From Uncultured Candidatus Berkiella sp. (lineage in GTDB: Bacteria > Pseudomonadota > Gammaproteobacteria > Berkiellales > Berkiellaceae): a stretch of 64,000 nt of DNA. Both the position numbers and the translations under genes were made by a program. Below are positions 8,399-19,141 of this stretch, piece after piece (positions within the stretch are counted from its first letter, which is position 1; each line of letters opens with the position of its first letter). The DNA lies in NCBI GenBank assembly GCA_964594635.1, contig CAZQMV010000008.1:59813-123812 (forward strand). The letters are read 5' to 3'. The notes beneath the pieces were generated by a model. That model was given only the letters and a program-made list of their open reading frames with translations. It made no database searches and had not been told where the DNA came from.

Positions 8399-9745
8399 GT
8401 GCAAGAAATGAAGTGGCTGAAAAGATTTGTCGGAAGTTTCGTTAGTAAATTTGTTTTGCGTGCGCAACTTCTTCCTATTGGTGAACTCAAAGGATCCCGT
8501 TGGCTGTGGGCAAAATTTCATTATTCCGCAAAGGAAATTAAACGTTTAAATGATTTATGGCCAGATTTTGTGGCTAAAAACGAAAAATATACAAAAGAAC
8601 ATCCCGATCATTTTCTCACTATTAAACGCGAGCAATTAACCACCAAAGATAAATGTTCACTTGATACCGTTGAACTGTGCTCTTCTAAGAATGAAAAGAG
8701 TCAGGAATATGTGATTTATGGATGGGGTAGAAGTGACTGTTATGAATACTTTCTTCCCAGGCTCGCGACCGATGCCTTAAATCTCAATAAAAAAATCATT
8801 ACTTTTAATTTTCGAAATGTAGGGCATAGCACAGGCACGCTTAATCATGAGCAAGATCTGGTGAGAGACTATAAATTTCAAGTGAAACGATTGATTGATC
8901 AAGGAGTTGATCCTAAAAATATTAACTGTTACGGGCATTCATTGTGCGGTGCTATTGCTGCATTTGCCGTCAAAGAATTGCATGATGAAGGTTACCCCGT
9001 TCGGTTCTACAGTGATCGCTCATTCGCTAACTTGATGAACACGTCTATCAATTTATTTTTTCTACCCGATCGCCGTATTCGACGTTCGATCAACACCGTT
9101 GGAACGATTTTTTTCGGAGCACTGCTTTTAGCGGGATTATTTGTTTTCAGTTACATCACCGCACAAACGGCGCTGATTGCCGCACTCGTTGGTTTCGCAA
9201 GTATGTGGGTGCCTCCTATTTTCGCGCTTTATGACAAAGTCGTTGGCTGGGTTTTAGAGAAAAGTTTGCATGCCGTCATGGTTTATGGCGAATGGGTAAT
9301 GGAAATGGTGGATACCTATGAAGCTATCCCCTCAGAATATAAAACACATACGGTATTAAGAACCGCTCAAAAAAATCATTCCGAATATTTGGGAGAACGC
9401 AAAAAGGTAGAGCCAGGTCATGACAAAGTGATTTTATATCCCGATACCTTGTATAAGAATTTAAAGACTCATCCTGTGCGCAAAAAAGAGCTAAAAGCAA
9501 AATTGAATGCGGCATTGGCAAAAGGACTTAGCGAAGAAATCACGTTGTGCAAGCAGCGCTTAGAAGCTTTAGCGAATGTTAAAATGACGGGTGGGCATCA
9601 TACGGCTTGGCCCGATGAATTGTTAACACGTTACAAAACGCATCGTTCAGGTCGCTGGATCACAGGACAAGAGCATTTCTATCGTTTTGTTGAACCGCAA
9701 GGCAACCATGATCACAAAGACCCTATCCCATATTTAAAATTCTAG
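8399..9745 (+). CDS. Alpha/beta hydrolase with a TM hairpin, SidB/SdbA-like putative effector
   Basis: FNFRNVGHSTG, DLVRD..QVKRLIDQGVDPKNI, YGHSLCG elbow, DRSF motif and a central hydrophobic hairpin. Likely start is ATG 8408. Confidence 0.7.
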   Translation: MQEMKWLKRFVGSFVSKFVLRAQLLPIGELKGSRWLWAKFHYSAKEIKRLNDLWPDFVAKNEKYTKEHPDHFLTIKREQLTTKDKCSLDTVELCSSKNEKSQEYVIYGWGRSDCYEYFLPRLATDALNLNKKIITFNFRNVGHSTGTLNHEQDLVRDYKFQVKRLIDQGVDPKNINCYGHSLCGAIAAFAVKELHDEGYPVRFYSDRSFANLMNTSINLFFLPDRRIRRSINTVGTIFFGALLLAGLFVFSYITAQTALIAALVGFASMWVPPIFALYDKVVGWVLEKSLHAVMVYGEWVMEMVDTYEAIPSEYKTHTVLRTAQKNHSEYLGERKKVEPGHDKVILYPDTLYKNLKTHPVRKKELKAKLNAALAKGLSEEITLCKQRLEALANVKMTGGHHTAWPDELLTRYKTHRSGRWITGQEHFYRFVEPQGNHDHKDPIPYLKF

Positions 9746-9891
9746 TCTTGTACCGATTGATTCGACATCGTATGATTGAGCGCACTAAAAAGTGCGCTTA
9801 AAACTATCTGACTACCTTTGCGGCAAGGCAACATATTGGATAGTTTTATAACATCTAAGCAAGGATACGAATCAACAAGAATAGGTGTAAC

Positions 9892-10623
9892 GTGCAACAG
9901 GACAAGCAGAAAGAGGTTGCTTTTTTTGACAACCTCGCTTCTTCGCAAGAGTACAATGTCTTCACGGATGAAGCGAATAATAAGATTATTCATACTCTCG
10001 AAACACTGCTGGCGCTTGCGCCTGGTGCACGTCTTTTGGATCTCGGTTGTGGTTCAGGGATCTTTACGCAATTATTGCAAGCGCGTGGTTATGATTGTGT
10101 TGGTTTAGATCTGAGCCAAAAATTATTACAGCTTGGAAAGCAAGAAACACCGGCGATTCATTATGTGCAAGCCGATGTTGAAGCATTACCCTTTGCCTCG
10201 GGCAGTGTTGATTTTGTTATCTTGAGTTGTTTAGTCCATCACTTACCTAATCCACAACGTTGTGCCGAAGAAGTTTTTCGGGTTCTCAAACCCAATGGAA
10301 AGTTTGTTGCATTTGATCCTAACCGTCTCAATCCCTTTATGTATCTTTATCGCGATCGCTCTTCGCCGTTTTATAGTTCAAAAGGGGTTACGGAAAATGA
10401 GCGACCTGTTATGCCAACACAGGTGCGTCGTATATTTGAGAGAGTTGGTTTAAAAGCTGATTCGCATTTCGTCGATGGCTTAGCTTTTCGCTATGTTGCA
10501 TCATCGACTGCCAAAGGGTTGTTACCGATTTATAATTTCTTTGATCGCACCTTTTTTAAAGCAGCGATCCTTCGCACGTTTAGGGCCTTTGTTTTTACTT
10601 ATGGCATGAAGCCAGCAGTTTAG
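9892..10623 (+). CDS. Class I SAM-dependent methyltransferase
   Basis: LLDLGCGSG motif I, VGLDLS, QADVEALPFASGSVD, LHH-like LVHH, RVLKPNG. Confidence 0.9.
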   Translation: MQQDKQKEVAFFDNLASSQEYNVFTDEANNKIIHTLETLLALAPGARLLDLGCGSGIFTQLLQARGYDCVGLDLSQKLLQLGKQETPAIHYVQADVEALPFASGSVDFVILSCLVHHLPNPQRCAEEVFRVLKPNGKFVAFDPNRLNPFMYLYRDRSSPFYSSKGVTENERPVMPTQVRRIFERVGLKADSHFVDGLAFRYVASSTAKGLLPIYNFFDRTFFKAAILRTFRAFVFTYGMKPAV

Positions 10624-10624
10624 T

Positions 10625-12097
10625 ATGAAATTACAAAAGTCCACCGTCAGTCCCTTGTTTATCAATTTAGCTGCTTGGCTGGCTATCATCTTAGTTGCAA
10701 TGCGCTTTCTGCATATCTTTTCATTTAATGAACCGTTGCATGTTGTGACAAGTGGCTTTGAAGAAGAATCTTTATTTGCGCTTTTTAAAGTCGTTCATGG
10801 GATGAGTGTTTATACCGATCCTCATCAAGTACCCTTTGCAGCTTCGTATTTTAATTGGTTTTATTATGTTTTCTACGGAAAACTGACAGCACTAATAATT
10901 AATGGCTTTCATCTAAGCGATATCTGGATCCCAACGGTCGGACGATTGCTCACCTTTTTGACGGTGAGTGCTGGTTTTTTTCTGACCTATCGATTACTTC
11001 GCCGCTCACAAGCAAATGCCTTTGCCTTTGGTTTCAGTGCGCTTTTATGGTTTGGCCCATTAGTGGGCTATTGGGCAATGACTGTTCGGCCCGATAGCTT
11101 AGGATTATTTTTTGATGTTGCTGCGGCAGGGTGTTTATTGCATTTTTCCACAGAACGACGCTTTCAACTGATTATCTTGGCTGCCTTATTTTGTTATTTA
11201 TCGTGGGCCTGCAAACAAATTAATGTGATCATGCCAGGTGCCATAGGATTATTTTTGTTATGGCGTAGAAATTGGACCCCTTTATTTTTATTTAGTGCTG
11301 TGCTCATCAGCTTGTATGCCTTGACCTATCTCTACATGCCTTCGATGGCACGTAAAATGCTGTTCTTTGTTAATACGGCTATCCCACTATCGCTCTCAGT
11401 GTTATTGGGTAACGCGCTCACTTTCTTTAAAAAGACGTCACCGCTCTTTGTGCTGCTGCTGTTTATTGTTATCGAAGCGTTTAAAAACAAGACATATCGT
11501 CAGGCGCTATTAAACAACTCAGGCTTTCAATTTAGCCTCTGTGGTCTTATCACCTGGTCAATCATTTTGCTACCTGCTAGTAGCAAAGTCGGTAGTGCTG
11601 AAAATTATTATTTCATTGCTTATTTCTTTTTAACCTTATTGACTGCTATTGCGCTCTGCCAATTATCAACGGCTTCCCGACTCATTACCATTGGCACAAC
11701 CTTAGCAGGACTTTTGTTCATTGCCTCAATTAGTTTAGTCTTGTTGCAAGACAGGACTAAAACCTTAACATTACAACATCAGTCGATGACACAATTACAA
11801 CAATGTATTAAAACCTTACCTGGGCCCGTTTTTGTGATTAACCATTATGGTGCTTTGCCTTGGATGAACCCAGGCAATTCGCATTTTGTGCTCGCTTATA
11901 ATTACTGGTCCGATCGCCAAGCAGGGATTTCGTTTGAACAAAATGGTATTGGAGGCCTGATTGAAAAAGGGTATTTCAATGCGCTCATTTTACCCGGACC
12001 CGTCACCAATGAGTTTGATGGCGCGAATTTAGCCGACTTTGAACGACAATCCAGTTGCCAGGGCTACGCCGTGTTTACCCGCAAAGGATCCGCATGA
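10625..12097 (+). CDS. Polytopic membrane protein, probable GT-C (ArnT/PMT-like) glycosyltransferase
   Basis: About 11-12 hydrophobic segments, an acidic EEES in the first loop, RPD and KQ motifs and a C-terminal soluble domain. Located in an operon with GT2 and epimerases. Confidence 0.6.
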   Translation: MKLQKSTVSPLFINLAAWLAIILVAMRFLHIFSFNEPLHVVTSGFEEESLFALFKVVHGMSVYTDPHQVPFAASYFNWFYYVFYGKLTALIINGFHLSDIWIPTVGRLLTFLTVSAGFFLTYRLLRRSQANAFAFGFSALLWFGPLVGYWAMTVRPDSLGLFFDVAAAGCLLHFSTERRFQLIILAALFCYLSWACKQINVIMPGAIGLFLLWRRNWTPLFLFSAVLISLYALTYLYMPSMARKMLFFVNTAIPLSLSVLLGNALTFFKKTSPLFVLLLFIVIEAFKNKTYRQALLNNSGFQFSLCGLITWSIILLPASSKVGSAENYYFIAYFFLTLLTAIALCQLSTASRLITIGTTLAGLLFIASISLVLLQDRTKTLTLQHQSMTQLQQCIKTLPGPVFVINHYGALPWMNPGNSHFVLAYNYWSDRQAGISFEQNGIGGLIEKGYFNALILPGPVTNEFDGANLADFERQSSCQGYAVFTRKGSA

Positions 12098-13137
12098 AAA
12101 AAATATTAATCACAGGTGGAGCCGGTTTTGTTGGTTCCAGCCTTGCCATTGCTTTCAAACAGCATCATGAAAACACCACCGTTATTTGCTTAGATAATCT
12201 TAGTAGACGAGGCAGCGAATTAAACTTGCCACGTCTTCGCCAACATGGCGTTGAGTTTGTGCATGGCGATGTGAGAAATAGCGAAGATTTAGTTAAGGTG
12301 GGTAAAGTCGATTGGTTAATCGAATGCTCTGCTGAACCCAGTGTTCATGCAGGTTATGGCGATAGCCCCGCTTATTTGCTCAATACCAATTTAATTGGAT
12401 TGATCAATTGTTTAGAATTTTTGCGGCAAAACGGTGGAAATTTAGTTTTTTTATCAACCAGTCGGGTTTATCCGATTGCAGCGTTGCGCAATTTACCTTT
12501 AACAATTCAAAATCAGCGGTTTGAAGTACCAGAACAGTTGGGCATTGCTGAAAGCTTCTCACTTGAAGGTTATCGATCACTGTATGGTGCCACCAAATTA
12601 TGTGGTGAATTATTGATCCAAGAATACAGTCAAATGTATCAGATCCCAGCCATCATTAATCGTTGCGGAGTCCTCGCAGGCCCGTGGCAAATGGGCAAAG
12701 TCGATCAAGGATTTATGGCGCTATGGGTAGCAAGACATTTCTTTGGCGGCAATTTAACCTACATGGGGTTTGGTGGCGAAGGTTTACAAGTACGCGATGT
12801 ACTGCATGTTGCAGATTTATATCAATTGCTTATTCGACAAATGGCTGAGCCGCATCAACATCAAGGAGAGGTTTATAACGTTGGCGGTGGTTTAGCAAAT
12901 AGCGTTTCGCTGCGCGAACTCACCACGCTGGTTGAATCGATTACAGGTAAACAATGTGCAATCGGCTGCGATCCCACCACGCGCGAAGCAGATATTCCAT
13001 ACTATGTTAGTGATTTTGCCAAAGTGAATCAAAAAACGGAGTGGACACCCCAAATCAGCGTGCCGACCTTGGTTGAAGAGATTTATTCTTGGATGAGAAA
13101 TAACAAAGTTGTACTAGCTCCGCTCTTTTCGTTATAA
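12094..13137 (+). CDS. NAD-dependent epimerase/dehydratase (CDP-paratose 2-epimerase-like SDR)
   Basis: ILITGGAGFVGS, STSRVY, YGATK (YxxxK). ATG 12094 overlaps the upstream stop (ATGA). Confidence 0.9.
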   Translation: MKKILITGGAGFVGSSLAIAFKQHHENTTVICLDNLSRRGSELNLPRLRQHGVEFVHGDVRNSEDLVKVGKVDWLIECSAEPSVHAGYGDSPAYLLNTNLIGLINCLEFLRQNGGNLVFLSTSRVYPIAALRNLPLTIQNQRFEVPEQLGIAESFSLEGYRSLYGATKLCGELLIQEYSQMYQIPAIINRCGVLAGPWQMGKVDQGFMALWVARHFFGGNLTYMGFGGEGLQVRDVLHVADLYQLLIRQMAEPHQHQGEVYNVGGGLANSVSLRELTTLVESITGKQCAIGCDPTTREADIPYYVSDFAKVNQKTEWTPQISVPTLVEEIYSWMRNNKVVLAPLFSL

Positions 13138-13181
13138 AATGTACTACCGAGTTAGCTTTTTTATAGACAAAAGGACGCGTT

Positions 13182-14264
13182 ATGGCAGTAGCAATTATAA
13201 CCGGATCCGCAGGATTGATTGGATCAGAGGCAGTTAAGTTTTTTGCTGATAAAGGAATGTCAGTAGTCGGGATTGATAATAATTTGCGCAAGTCCTTTTT
13301 TGGTGACGAAGCCTGCACCCAGTGGAATCTTCAATCGTTACAGCGTCAAGTGCCAAGTTATCAGCACTACGATTGCGATATCCGCGATAATGACGCTTTA
13401 GAGAAAATTTTTTCTCATTATGCGAATGACATTACCGTGATCATTCATTGCGCAGCTCAACCGTCGCACGATTGGGCCGCAACCAATCCTCATGTTGATT
13501 TTACGGTGAATGCCAATGGCACATTAAACTTATTGGAATTGACACGTCAGCATTGTAAACATGCCACTTTTATTTTCCTCAGCACCAATAAAGTGTATGG
13601 CGATACCCCGAATTTTCTACCATTAGAAGAATTACCACGACGTTTTGAAGTGGCGCCGGATCATCCTTATCATGGTCATGGCATTGATGAATTGATGAGT
13701 ATCGATCATAACAAGCATAGTCTTTTTGGTGTTTCTAAAGCAGCTGCTGATTTAATGGTTCAAGAATATGGTCGTTATTTTGGGATGAATACCGTTTGTT
13801 TCAGGGGAGGCTGCCTGACAGGCCCTGCTCACTCAGGAACCAGGCTGCATGGATTTTTGGCTTACTTAATGCGTTGTGCCATTACTCACAAGCCTTACAG
13901 TATTTATGGTTATAAAGGTAAGCAAGTCCGCGACAATATTCACAGTTTCGATTTAGTGTCGGCGATGTGGGAATTTGTTCAAGCACCCAAATCAGGCGCT
14001 GTCTACAACTTGGGCGGCGGTTCGCAAAATAATTGCTCAGTGCTAGAAGCCATTAGCTTATGTCAAGAAATCAGTGGTGAAGAATTGATGTGGAGTTATG
14101 TGAACGAAAACCGGATCGGCGATCACATTTGGTGGGTGTCTGATGTGAGAAAGTTTAAGCAAGATTATCCGAATTGGGATTTTCAATATGATTTAGTCAC
14201 CACCTTGACCGAAATTTACCAAGCAATCAAAGAAACGCAAGGCATGCATTATGAGTATGCTTAG
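13182..14264 (+). CDS. NAD-dependent epimerase/dehydratase (CDP-paratose/tyvelose epimerase-like SDR)
   Basis: [52 protein letters not shown]. Confidence 0.9.
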   Translation: MAVAIITGSAGLIGSEAVKFFADKGMSVVGIDNNLRKSFFGDEACTQWNLQSLQRQVPSYQHYDCDIRDNDALEKIFSHYANDITVIIHCAAQPSHDWAATNPHVDFTVNANGTLNLLELTRQHCKHATFIFLSTNKVYGDTPNFLPLEELPRRFEVAPDHPYHGHGIDELMSIDHNKHSLFGVSKAAADLMVQEYGRYFGMNTVCFRGGCLTGPAHSGTRLHGFLAYLMRCAITHKPYSIYGYKGKQVRDNIHSFDLVSAMWEFVQAPKSGAVYNLGGGSQNNCSVLEAISLCQEISGEELMWSYVNENRIGDHIWWVSDVRKFKQDYPNWDFQYDLVTTLTEIYQAIKETQGMHYEYA

Positions 14265-14997
14265 TGTTGTGATCCCAGCATTCAATGAAGCGGGAAACCT
14301 GGCGAACTTATTGCCGGGTTTAATTGGGCACTTGAACCAAGCGAATATTGCGCATGAAATATTAGTGGTCAACGATAACAGCAGTGATAATACCGAAGAA
14401 ACATTGCAAATCTTGATGAAAAGTTACCCCACACTCACTTATGTGAATAATGCGCCACCCAATGGTTTTGGTTTAGCGGTGCGCCGTGGCTTAGCTGCTT
14501 TTAAGGGCGATGCAGTAGTGATAGTGATGGCTGATGGTTCCGATGCGCCTGAGGACGTCGTTAAATTTTATCGAAAACTGCAAGAAGGTTATGACTGTGT
14601 TTTTGGTTCACGATTTATGCCGGGCGGTAAAGCGGTTGATTACCCATTGCACAAGAAAATCCTGAATCGTTTAGCTAACAATTTTGTCAGAATATTGTTT
14701 CAATTTCGCTACAACGATATCACCAATGCCTTTAAATGCTATCGCCGTCATGTTATCGAAGGCTTACAGCCATTATTAGCCCATCATTTTAATTTAACGG
14801 TTGAATTACCCTTAAAAGCCATTATTCGCGGCTATCGTTATGCCGTTGTTCCGAATGCTTGGTATAACCGTAAAGAAGGGGTTTCAAAGCTTAAAATACG
14901 TGAAATGGGTAGTCGTTACTTATTTATCGTGCTTTATTGCCTCATCGAACGCCTGTTTTCGCGTGGCGACTACAAAATCGCTGATAAAAGCGTGTAA
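14251..14997 (+). CDS. GT2 family glycosyltransferase (polyprenyl-phosphate/DPM1-like)
   Basis: [24 protein letters not shown] (DxD), [17 protein letters not shown]. Confidence 0.9.
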   Translation: MSMLSVVIPAFNEAGNLANLLPGLIGHLNQANIAHEILVVNDNSSDNTEETLQILMKSYPTLTYVNNAPPNGFGLAVRRGLAAFKGDAVVIVMADGSDAPEDVVKFYRKLQEGYDCVFGSRFMPGGKAVDYPLHKKILNRLANNFVRILFQFRYNDITNAFKCYRRHVIEGLQPLLAHHFNLTVELPLKAIIRGYRYAVVPNAWYNRKEGVSKLKIREMGSRYLFIVLYCLIERLFSRGDYKIADKSV

Positions 14998-15079
14998 CAC
15001 CCATCAAAAGCCATTGTGAACAGCACCCTGCATTATACTTATATAAATAGTATAAGTATTAAAGCTGGATGTTTACTCA

Positions 15080-18013
15080 ATGGCATCGCAAACTGTCTCT
15101 AAAATGCTTAAAGATGCGCATGAGCTTCGCGAAAAAAAAGATCATCGCGGCGCAATCCAATTAATGAAGCGCTGTCTCGCTGAATACCCTGATGTTGCCG
15201 ATGCGCAATGTTTATGGGCATTGTTGCAGCTTGATATCAAAAATTATACCAATGCCGAAAAGTCTATTAACACTGCAATCGCTCTAAGCCCTTCACAAAG
15301 TGAATATTACTATATCTGTGGGCAGATCCATAAAACACAAAATCATTTTATGCCAGCAGAGAATGCATTTTTACAATGTATTAAATTAAATCCGCAACAT
15401 GAAAGAGCCTATTTTAATTTAGGCAGTCTCTATGAGAGGCAAAAGAAATATCCTGAAGCCATTCAGATGTTTAATCAGGTGCTGGAGCTTAATCCTAACA
15501 ATATTAAAGCACATTATAACTTAGGCGTGATTCATCATGTGCAAAATAAACTCACCGATGCGATTGTCAGTTATGAAAAGGGTTATACGCTCGCGCCTAA
15601 TGATTTGCCGCTGTTAAGTAATTTGGGAGCGGCATTAACCATGGATAGGCAGTTATTAAAATCCATACCCTATTATGAGCGCGCTTTAAACATATCGCCT
15701 GATTATATTCCCGCTATAACCAATTTAGCTGGTACGTATATGGAATTAAACGAAATGAAAAAAGCGGAAGTTTTATTGCGCCGCTCATTGAGTTTAAACC
15801 CACGATTGCCAACCAATTGGCGAAATCTGACTTTATGTCGTGATTATGAGTTGTTAAATGATCCCGATCTGATAAAAATTTTGGAGCTTATCGAAGAAAA
15901 AATATCGCCAGAAGATAAAATGCATTATGATTTTGCACTTGGTAAAATATATCATGATTGTCAAGATTATAAGCAAGCCTTTTCATATTATGAAAAAGGT
16001 AATCAGCAGCAAGCCTCTAAAGTATTCTTTAAACCTGAAGCATTTGCTAACCATATTCAGCAAATTATAAAACTTGATTCAACATTACCCAAAAATAGAT
16101 TTCAATTTTCAGAAGATAAAGAGCCACAACCCCTTATTCTTGTTGGAACATCACGCTCAGGAAAAAGCTTATTGGAATCGTTATTAGCTCAGAACCCAGA
16201 AATTGCGGCAAAGGGAGAAGTGGGGATTGCGAATTTAGTTGATACTATTCCACTTGAGCAGAGGCCAGAAGGAAGTTACCCCTATTGGTTAAGAAGTTTG
16301 ACCGAAATACAAGCCACTTTGTTGCGTGAATTGTACCTTAAACGGTTATTGCGAGATGGCACCGAGGAGGCACAATATCTCACTGACACGATGCCAGGAA
16401 ATTTTATGTATTTGGGATTACTTAAATCATTATTTCCCAAAGCAAAGTTTATTTATTGTCAACGTTCACCATTGGATACTTGCGTCTTGTTATATTTCAA
16501 ATATTTCATTCAAGGGCATGCCTATAGCTATGATATGAAAAATTTGGCTAGCTATTATCAGCAACAAGCGTTATTAATGCATTATTGGCAGTCAACGCTT
16601 TCTGATTCAATGATAACAGTGGATTATGAGAAATTAGTAACAGATCCTGAAAAAGAATTATTAACGATCAACCGTTTTCTAGGTCTATCAAAACATTTTG
16701 TTTTTAATTCTAGGTCAATTCGAGCAGATGAAGTAGGCATTTTTAAACACTATGCCAAGTTCTTCGAACCTATCACTCATTTGTTAAATGAATCTGTGGA
16801 TGTGGCAGAGAATCAAACAATCTCTAATGATACGTTTCGATTAAAAGAATTCATGGCCAAAGCGTATTATCACTTTAATTTAGGTGAGTATGGAGCTGCG
16901 CAAAGTTTATGTAAGACGATTTTAACAGAAGATCCAACATTCTATGCGGCTTTGCATCTATTAGGTGTGATTGCTTTTAAATTAAATGCGATTGAAGAAG
17001 CGATTGAAAAATTGCAACAAGCGTTGGCATTTTCACCACCGAATCCACAATTACATTTGGATTTAGGTGCGTGTTGGCAAAAGTTGGGCAAGCAAGTGCA
17101 AGCAGAAGAGCAATTTGATATTGCGAATGATCTCAAAAAATCTAAATCAACGCAATCAAAAGTACTGAGTGAGCAAATGAAAAATATTCTCCTTGGCGCA
17201 TTGAGTGAACCTTTTGAGGTAGTTGATGAATATGAACGTCAATTGCTGGTGAAAGGACAACTTGCTAAAGACAACATGCAAGAGCTTATGCTTTCTCAGC
17301 CAGTGCAAGACTCATCTGATTTAAGTATGGGTAATTACCGCGACATTCAAGCTTGGCACAACTATTATCAAACTATCGCTTTTGTTGATCATTTACTGAA
17401 ACAGCCGAAAAGGCAATTACACATTTTAGAAGTGGGATGCTCTGTGGGGCATTTTCATCAATTTCTTGAACACAATCTAAAGAATGAGGATAACAAACAG
17501 CTCTTATATTGGGGACTCGATCTTCGAGAAGATAAACTGAAAAATATGCTGCAAGGGGGAGTAAGTGCAATTGCTTCACTCTTTACCTTGCATGATCTGC
17601 AATTTGGATTGCCTTATCAAAATAATTTTTTTGACTATCTTGTCAGCTTTGACACGATCTCTTATTTGACAATAGAAGAGGGGCGATTATTGTTAGCCCA
17701 AATGTATCGAGTATTAAATGAAAATGGGCATTTGGTTATCGGAGCCAATTACGAAGCAGATTATCCAGGGTTTATGCAAAGTGTTCCTCTTTCTCAATTT
17801 GAAAAAATGCTTTATGAAAATGGTTTTGAAATCATCTTGCGACGCGCTAGAGTAGGATCACTGCATTCCTTGATCAATCATGTTTCCAAAGAACACATGC
17901 TTTTGGTGAATGACTTGTTAAAGGTGCATCCAGAAGAGATGGTTGCTGCGATGATTGCGCCGTTATATCCAAATGTGTCAGAGAGTGTCACTTTTCTATG
18001 CAAAGTAAGATAG
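15080..18013 (+). CDS. TPR-sulfotransferase-TPR-methyltransferase fusion protein
   Basis: About 7 N-terminal TPRs. Sulfotransferase segment with VGTSRSGKSLLESLL, TDTMPGNF, R.PLD.C and VDYEKLV. Then 2-3 more TPRs and a C-terminal ILEVGCSVG / YRVLNENG methyltransferase. Confidence 0.82.
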   Translation: MASQTVSKMLKDAHELREKKDHRGAIQLMKRCLAEYPDVADAQCLWALLQLDIKNYTNAEKSINTAIALSPSQSEYYYICGQIHKTQNHFMPAENAFLQCIKLNPQHERAYFNLGSLYERQKKYPEAIQMFNQVLELNPNNIKAHYNLGVIHHVQNKLTDAIVSYEKGYTLAPNDLPLLSNLGAALTMDRQLLKSIPYYERALNISPDYIPAITNLAGTYMELNEMKKAEVLLRRSLSLNPRLPTNWRNLTLCRDYELLNDPDLIKILELIEEKISPEDKMHYDFALGKIYHDCQDYKQAFSYYEKGNQQQASKVFFKPEAFANHIQQIIKLDSTLPKNRFQFSEDKEPQPLILVGTSRSGKSLLESLLAQNPEIAAKGEVGIANLVDTIPLEQRPEGSYPYWLRSLTEIQATLLRELYLKRLLRDGTEEAQYLTDTMPGNFMYLGLLKSLFPKAKFIYCQRSPLDTCVLLYFKYFIQGHAYSYDMKNLASYYQQQALLMHYWQSTLSDSMITVDYEKLVTDPEKELLTINRFLGLSKHFVFNSRSIRADEVGIFKHYAKFFEPITHLLNESVDVAENQTISNDTFRLKEFMAKAYYHFNLGEYGAAQSLCKTILTEDPTFYAALHLLGVIAFKLNAIEEAIEKLQQALAFSPPNPQLHLDLGACWQKLGKQVQAEEQFDIANDLKKSKSTQSKVLSEQMKNILLGALSEPFEVVDEYERQLLVKGQLAKDNMQELMLSQPVQDSSDLSMGNYRDIQAWHNYYQTIAFVDHLLKQPKRQLHILEVGCSVGHFHQFLEHNLKNEDNKQLLYWGLDLREDKLKNMLQGGVSAIASLFTLHDLQFGLPYQNNFFDYLVSFDTISYLTIEEGRLLLAQMYRVLNENGHLVIGANYEADYPGFMQSVPLSQFEKMLYENGFEIILRRARVGSLHSLINHVSKEHMLLVNDLLKVHPEEMVAAMIAPLYPNVSESVTFLCKVR

Positions 18014-19141
18014 AAGTCCCATTAACAATTTATCTAAAGCCCTTTCATCATGCGAAGGATTTAAAGCGATCCGTAATCTTGATTGTGAGGCGGGTACCGA
18101 AGGTGGTCTAATAGCACTGACACGAATGCCTTGTTTTGCTAATGCACGTTGCGCCATTACCGTATTCAACGGTGTTTGCAAAATAAGGGGTATGATATGG
18201 GTAGAGGAATTTCCAGTTTTGATCCCTTGCGCTTGAAGTCGTGTTCTTAATACATCTGCTGCTGTGAATACTTTTTTTGCCACATCTTGTAATGAAGGAA
18301 CAAGTTCCCATGCTGTTTGCATTATCGCTATTTGAACTGGAGAAGGGGCTGTGGAATAAATAAAACCATTGGCGCGATTAATTAGAAAACGCTTTAAGGG
18401 TTTGGCGCATGTCACATAAGCGCCTTGGCTACCAAGCGCTTTACTAAAGGTTCCCATGCTGACATCAATGTCGTCTCCATAGTCACTCGTCAAGCCATAT
18501 CCTTTGTTACCTAATAATCCCGTAGCATGGGCTTCGTCAACATACAATAATGCATCATATTGTTTTGCCAAGCGAATGAGAGTTGCTAAACATGCCATAT
18601 CGCCATCCATACCATACACTGATTCGGTTAAAATAAAGCGTGGTTGATTAAGGGATTTTGTTTTGGATAATTGCCAAGCTAAGTGATCATAATCAAGGTG
18701 GTGATAACGATATTGTTTAGCTCTCGCTAATTGGCAGCCTACATGCATGCTGGCGTGATTGAGTCTATCTGAAAAAACCAACGGAGCTGTACCAAGTGCT
18801 TTGCTATCTAATAATGCACTTAAGACGGAAATATTCGCTTGATAACCTGTGGCAAAAACTAATGCAGCATCCGCATTCTTATCAATCGCGATTTGTGCTT
18901 CTAAGTCGAAGATCTGTGATCGGCAGTTTGCCACTAAGCGTGATGTTTGAGCGCCGACGCCATAGGTATTTGCACTAACGGCCGCTGCCTTAATAAGTGC
19001 AGGGTGCTGGCTAAGACCTAAATAATCATTACTGGAAAAATCATAATCATATGATCGATAATGGGGTAGGTGTCTTAATAAATCCGACTGACGCAGATTT
19101 GCACAAAATTGCGTGTAAGGACGAAGTATCGTTTTATTCAT
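17996..19141 (-). CDS. bioF: 8-amino-7-oxononanoate synthase (PLP-dependent, AOS family)
   Basis: DFSSNDYLGL, TGYQAN, SDRLNHASM, TESVYGMDGD, VDEAHATG, GTFSKALG, AIRPPSVP. Confidence 0.88.
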   Translation of the reverse strand: MNKTILRPYTQFCANLRQSDLLRHLPHYRSYDYDFSSNDYLGLSQHPALIKAAAVSANTYGVGAQTSRLVANCRSQIFDLEAQIAIDKNADAALVFATGYQANISVLSALLDSKALGTAPLVFSDRLNHASMHVGCQLARAKQYRYHHLDYDHLAWQLSKTKSLNQPRFILTESVYGMDGDMACLATLIRLAKQYDALLYVDEAHATGLLGNKGYGLTSDYGDDIDVSMGTFSKALGSQGAYVTCAKPLKRFLINRANGFIYSTAPSPVQIAIMQTAWELVPSLQDVAKKVFTAADVLRTRLQAQGIKTGNSSTHIIPLILQTPLNTVMAQRALAKQGIRVSAIRPPSVPASQSRLRIALNPSHDERALDKLLMGLLSYFA

